Origin: a virus
Lineage: Duplodnaviria > Caudoviricetes
DNA length: 64,000 nucleotides
IMG/VR virus record: IMGVR_UViG_3300021387_000994
Coordinates: 69,580-133,579 of that record
Direction: 5' to 3' (one strand)
Shown: one piece after another, positions 60,065 through 64,000 of the stretch
Numbering within the stretch: position 1 is the stretch's first letter
Layout: every line of letters begins with the position of its first letter
Notes under the pieces: model-generated
Seen by the model: only the letters and a program-made list of their open reading frames with translations
Told to the model about the DNA's origin: nothing
The model's database searches: none
Program-made: the position numbers and the translations under genes

Positions 60065-61850
60065 ATTTATATTTTTTCATAATATTGTCTACTATATTTA
60101 TTGAAATATAATCTAATCTTTTCTTTTTGAAATTGTTGTCTACATTATTTAATGCATCGACTTCTCTTTCTTTGAGATTTTCGAAATAATTTCTATATAA
60201 TGTTTTTCTTTCTTCATCGGACATTGATTTTGAAACATCTATATATCTTTTCAGTGATGATAGTGATATTTTTTTCTGATTAGACCTTTCTAGTGTTTTA
60301 TTGACCAAATCAAATAAATCATCTCTTTTTATTCCGACATTTTCACTTCGTAGATAGTCGACAACAATAAGTTTCATTTTTTTCTTTAATCCACGTTCAA
60401 TCATTGAGTTTTCTCGTTGTTCATCCGAATATTTGGATGTATTTCTAAACTTAGCGATAGCAAATGTATATGCCCTGTCAAAAGCATTGGAGAACTCCTT
60501 GTTTGAAAACGGTGTATTATTGGATGTGCCTGGCCATTTATAGTTATACTTTTTATTCAAGATGTTATACTCTTTCCGAACTTTCTTACGTATTATACTT
60601 TCTAGTTTTGAACGTTCATCGGATGACAATTTTATTATATCGTCTATCGACTTCAGATTCCATTGTCTGAATATTTCCCATGATATTTTCCTTGTGTTTT
60701 GAAAAACGAAGTTGTTTCTAGAATTCACATATATAATTTTTTCAAAACCATCGTCGTCGAAGCAATCATCTATTGAATCATTTAAAGATTTTTTTTCTTC
60801 TTCTATATGTTCTTCGAGGAATGGTTTGGATTTCAAAACAATGTCTTCAAAAGTTGGTGCTTCATTATAGTACTCATATCTTTTTTCTTTTGTAGAAAAC
60901 AAATCAACCATTTCATCTTGTCGAAGATATATTATTTCTCCATTACGGTATTGTGGCATTTTAAGTTCCAAATTTTGAAACCCAAAAAGTGCAGTGCAGA
61001 AATTCTTTGCTTTCCAGAATGTGAAACTTTCATCACCAAATTTTTTAAAGTTTGACAGATGTGTCATGGATTTTGTCAGAATCTTGTATTGCACACCTTC
61101 ATCTATTTCTGTTATTAGATTGTTTTTTATTATTAATTCGTTACTGATTTCACAATTCTTATTCTTATCCAAATTCAACTTACTTATCAATTCACCGATA
61201 TATTCATTACATCTTTTCTTAAAAATATGTGACCGTATCAACCATTGTAGTTGTATATGTCCGTTGGAATTATTATGAATTTCAAAATCTGGAATCATGT
61301 TGTTTATTGCAAAAAGTTTCAACAACCTATTAAGTTCATCGTGATTTTCCTTTTTACGACAATCGACATCAATATCAAGTACTATCAAATTTCTAACATC
61401 TCTTGTTAATCCAATACCTATTGCCGAATATTCACGGAAATAATAGCACAAATCTAAAAAGTTTCCTATCCCAAGTCTCTTCATCTTTCTCTCTGAAACC
61501 TTAAATGAACTGTCATCCTTTTTATATGATATGTCATTTGACTTTATATAATAATCAACAAGTGAGTCTATGTACTTTGGAACCGAAGACCTATGATTAG
61601 CTTTACGTATATCCACATAATATGAATCATCGTCATCAAATTTATATGCAAGGAAGAAATGCTCATCTCTTCTAAGTGTGACGATTCTATATCTATGATT
61701 TATCATTTTATCTGATTCACCACATCTTTTTGAATTTTTGTCGGTAATGGTATAATCCCATGTATATCTGTCAAATTCATCTTTCTTATCAATTGAAAAT
61801 GTAAATATATTATTATTTTTCTTAACAATTTCTCTTAGTGTTTCTGACAT
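60045..61850 (-). CDS. ColE2-type replicase / AEP primase-like protein with C-terminal HTH
   Basis: LIVLDID (AEP motif I), PDFEIHNNSNGHIQLQWLI (motif II) and ISLSSLKRYI. Confidence 0.55.
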   Translation of the reverse strand: MSETLREIVKKNNNIFTFSIDKKDEFDRYTWDYTITDKNSKRCGESDKMINHRYRIVTLRRDEHFFLAYKFDDDDSYYVDIRKANHRSSVPKYIDSLVDYYIKSNDISYKKDDSSFKVSERKMKRLGIGNFLDLCYYFREYSAIGIGLTRDVRNLIVLDIDVDCRKKENHDELNRLLKLFAINNMIPDFEIHNNSNGHIQLQWLIRSHIFKKRCNEYIGELISKLNLDKNKNCEISNELIIKNNLITEIDEGVQYKILTKSMTHLSNFKKFGDESFTFWKAKNFCTALFGFQNLELKMPQYRNGEIIYLRQDEMVDLFSTKEKRYEYYNEAPTFEDIVLKSKPFLEEHIEEEKKSLNDSIDDCFDDDGFEKIIYVNSRNNFVFQNTRKISWEIFRQWNLKSIDDIIKLSSDERSKLESIIRKKVRKEYNILNKKYNYKWPGTSNNTPFSNKEFSNAFDRAYTFAIAKFRNTSKYSDEQRENSMIERGLKKKMKLIVVDYLRSENVGIKRDDLFDLVNKTLERSNQKKISLSSLKRYIDVSKSMSDEERKTLYRNYFENLKEREVDALNNVDNNFKKKRLDYISINIVDNIMKKYKYETTCK

Positions 61851-61889
61851 AAATATTTTATATTATAGTACTATAAAAATAACAAAAAA

Positions 61890-62465
61890 ATGAGCAGATA
61901 TAATCTATCCGAATGGGTAGATGGATTTGAACGTGACGGGAGAGAATTTGATATAAAAACTGATGTTTTACTTTCAAACAGCAAAGTTCTTTTTCCTGGT
62001 CGGTTTTACATCTTAAACTACAAGGCACAGACGGATAAACCATATAACGCTAGACCGGTTATAATAAGTCTAGGACTTTCTAAAACAGAACAAGATTCTT
62101 TTCTTTGTATAGATTTGTGTTTGATACCAAAGAAGATAAGAATAAGATTTGTACAAACTTTGTTTGATATGTTTGAAAGACAAATTATTGAGAACATGGA
62201 AAAATTTTGGAACGTCGAAGATGCCGACAAACAAAAGCAAATCAAACAATTTAGTTATGAATTATTAGACAAGATACCTATGTTCAAACCATTTAAGCAC
62301 GCTGTAAAAAAATATAAGATAAAGAACACATTTAGAATATATTCAGTTCCATTTTCTGGAGTATATAAGATTGTTGGGAAACTATGTGATAAGAATTGTT
62401 TTGTTAATAGTAACGTTAAAATAGAACAAGAAACTTTTTTAAAAAATAATAACACAAATAAGTAA
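61890..62465 (+). CDS. DNA end protector protein, T4 gp2-like
   Basis: PGRFYILNY..KPYNARPVI...IDLCLIP..IR pattern. Late promoter at 61848. Confidence 0.6.
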   Translation: MSRYNLSEWVDGFERDGREFDIKTDVLLSNSKVLFPGRFYILNYKAQTDKPYNARPVIISLGLSKTEQDSFLCIDLCLIPKKIRIRFVQTLFDMFERQIIENMEKFWNVEDADKQKQIKQFSYELLDKIPMFKPFKHAVKKYKIKNTFRIYSVPFSGVYKIVGKLCDKNCFVNSNVKIEQETFLKNNNTNK

Positions 62466-62467
62466 AA

Positions 62468-63097
62468 ATGAGAGATTTTATTTTAGAATTGTATGAAGAA
62501 TATCCAATTATAGATTTTTTGGAAGATTTTTTATCTGACAAAGAAAATGGAATAGAAAAAATGGAGTTTTCTTTAATACCTAAACAACAATATATAAATC
62601 TGATAAACAGATATATGTCTGCACCATCACCAGAATTTGCAAGAATACCGGACAAAGTTGTCGATGAGTGGATAAAGATGACTGGAATAAACTTTTTAAA
62701 AATTGTATATGGTTCTGAACTTGCCGGTCATTGTTCATATTTCCCATCAGACGATTGTAGAGATGTTTTTGGAGATGATATAGATTGGGATGACTATGAG
62801 CAGTCAAGTGAGTATCTTGATAAAATTGGATTCTATGATTGGTGTAGGCTTCCGGATGATACTGACTGTATCAGTGACTATGGATTAGACCCAATATTCA
62901 AGATATTTAAAGAGTATTCTGATACAATGTCATCTTGGGAAAAATTACTTCTTATAAATAGAATACTTGATGTTACTCACGTAAGAGGCGACTTATCGTC
63001 GGCTTTCATTGAGGGTGGAAAAAAGACATGTTTTGAAGTTTCTGGTTTACACGAAAACAGAGTATTAAAATTCAATGAATTTTTATGGTTAAAATAG
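62468..63097 (+). CDS. Hypothetical protein with C-terminal LKFNEF motif
   Basis: 209 aa ORF in the late transcript. Confidence 0.6.
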   Translation: MRDFILELYEEYPIIDFLEDFLSDKENGIEKMEFSLIPKQQYINLINRYMSAPSPEFARIPDKVVDEWIKMTGINFLKIVYGSELAGHCSYFPSDDCRDVFGDDIDWDDYEQSSEYLDKIGFYDWCRLPDDTDCISDYGLDPIFKIFKEYSDTMSSWEKLLLINRILDVTHVRGDLSSAFIEGGKKTCFEVSGLHENRVLKFNEFLWLK

Positions 63098-63729
63098 GAA
63101 TAGATTTCAGTATCAACAGTCCTTCAATGATGTATTGTAAGGATGATGGTGAATACCATTTCATATCGTTTTTCAACGATGATGGGAAAGACTGGAGAAA
63201 CAGTAAAGCAAAGACATTCAAGTATCATAACTTATTGTTTGAAAACAATATTGTTGAGATGATACCATATACGAGATTGACAATATCAAAAGATTATCGA
63301 CAAGAACAAAAAGACAAAATGGCAGATGCAATGAAACTTTCTTTGTTGATAATCAGTAAAATAAAAAGTATTGTCAGTAAAGATGAAGATGTAAAAATCG
63401 GTCTTGAAGGATTTTCATTCGGTTCAAAGGGTGCAAGTTATATAGACTTGATTATGTATAACTGTTTTCTCAGAGAAAGAATAGTAGAGACATTCGGTCC
63501 AGATGCACTCGTGATAGTGTCTCCTAGTGAGGGAAAGAAACATTTCTCTGGAAAGGGAAATGCAAACAAAGAGAAGATGATTGAAGCGTTTATCTCAAAT
63601 CATGTTGGTGACGAAAAGATTGAAAATACAGAACTTTGGAAATTTTGTTCAAGTGATGAATTGGATTATAATAATATAAAACCTGTAGATGACCTTATCG
63701 ACAGTTGTGGAATATTTGAGAGTATATAA
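63085..63729 (+). CDS. RuvC-like Holliday junction resolvase
   Basis: IGIDFS, GLEGFSFGS, KKHFSGKGNANKEKM and DDLIDS. Confidence 0.8.
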   Translation: MVKIGIDFSINSPSMMYCKDDGEYHFISFFNDDGKDWRNSKAKTFKYHNLLFENNIVEMIPYTRLTISKDYRQEQKDKMADAMKLSLLIISKIKSIVSKDEDVKIGLEGFSFGSKGASYIDLIMYNCFLRERIVETFGPDALVIVSPSEGKKHFSGKGNANKEKMIEAFISNHVGDEKIENTELWKFCSSDELDYNNIKPVDDLIDSCGIFESI

Positions 63730-63762
63730 AAAAAGAGGATGATGTTTATTCATCCTCTTTTT
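63728..63762. terminator. Bidirectional terminator
   Basis: AAAAAGAGGATGA-loop-TCATCCTCTTTTT. Confidence 0.85.
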
Positions 63763-64000
63763 CTTTATTTTCAGAAACCATGATTTCATTTATTTTATTC
63801 ATCATAGTTTCATTACTCTTTCTTATTTTAGAATACTCACGTTCACGTCGTTTGAATATTTTGTTAAACCTGTTCAATGCTTCATCTGATGTGAGCCACA
63901 AATCCTTACCACTGAGTATTTGAGCAATTTCTTTTTTGGAAAGAAATTCACCATATATGTCATTAACAATTTTTTCAAACCATTGCTTGTGGAATTCAGA
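63746..64000 (-). CDS. C-terminal fragment of a ClpP-like protease (not in the ORF track)
   Basis: Hand translation: SEFHKQWFEKIVNDIYGEFLSKKEIAQILSGKDLWLTSDEALNRF... The D-x-W-L-T-S-D-E-A segment matches the ClpP C-terminal motif. Confidence 0.6.
   Translation of the reverse strand, partial: SEFHKQWFEKIVNDIYGEFLSKKEIAQILSGKDLWLTSDEALNRFNKIFKRREREYSKIRKSNETMMNKINEIMVSENKEKEDE

Noticed and set aside
63085-63729. RuvC-fold protein as TnpB/Cas12-like effector
   Set aside because: Only 214 aa, with no Zn finger, REC/WED region or adjacent non-coding RNA space. It fits a Holliday junction resolvase.
1-64000. Stop-codon reassignment (TAG=Gln as in Lak phages, or TGA=Trp)
   Set aside because: Conserved genes are full length in code 11. 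TAG ends genes at natural termini (17254, 55547 followed by TAA, 58568), and TGA occurs in ATGA gene overlaps.
1-64000. tRNA, rRNA or sizeable ncRNA genes
   Set aside because: Intergenic gaps are about 100 nt or less and are explained by promoters and terminators. No cloverleaf or T-loop signature was seen by eye.

Overview
This AT-rich window is a segment of a large, T4-related (myovirus-type, probably jumbo) bacteriophage read in standard code 11. A Bacteroidota host is inferred from Bacteroides-like DnaK and NrdD, A-rich starts without Shine-Dalgarno sites and TAnnTTT-type promoter elements. Virion genes include gp25/gp6-like baseplate proteins, a tail-tube-like protein, a tape measure, a gp26/gp51-like chaperone pair, a gp14-like neck protein, gp4, gp2, a gp16-like protein and fibre-like proteins. 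Replication and nucleotide genes include RNase H, gp32 SSB, primase, UvsW, a RuvC-like resolvase, a ColE2-type replicase-like protein, NrdD with an intein, NrdG, thioredoxin and a guanylate-kinase-like protein. Host-takeover genes include two sigma factors, an S1-like protein, DnaK, GroES and a ClpP-like fragment. The most notable signals, all read by eye without database searches, are: (1) a recurring peptide resembling the T4 capsid-targeting sequence on late proteins, including an HEXXH-peptidase/vWA plus AAA+ ATPase pair, suggesting virion-packaged cargo; (2) three promoter classes, with probable leaderless middle mRNAs, late promoters built on the antisense of middle-gene start codons, and a late S1 homologue; (3) an intein starting with Thr; (4) two candidate programmed frameshifts. 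No tRNA, rRNA or CRISPR array was seen.
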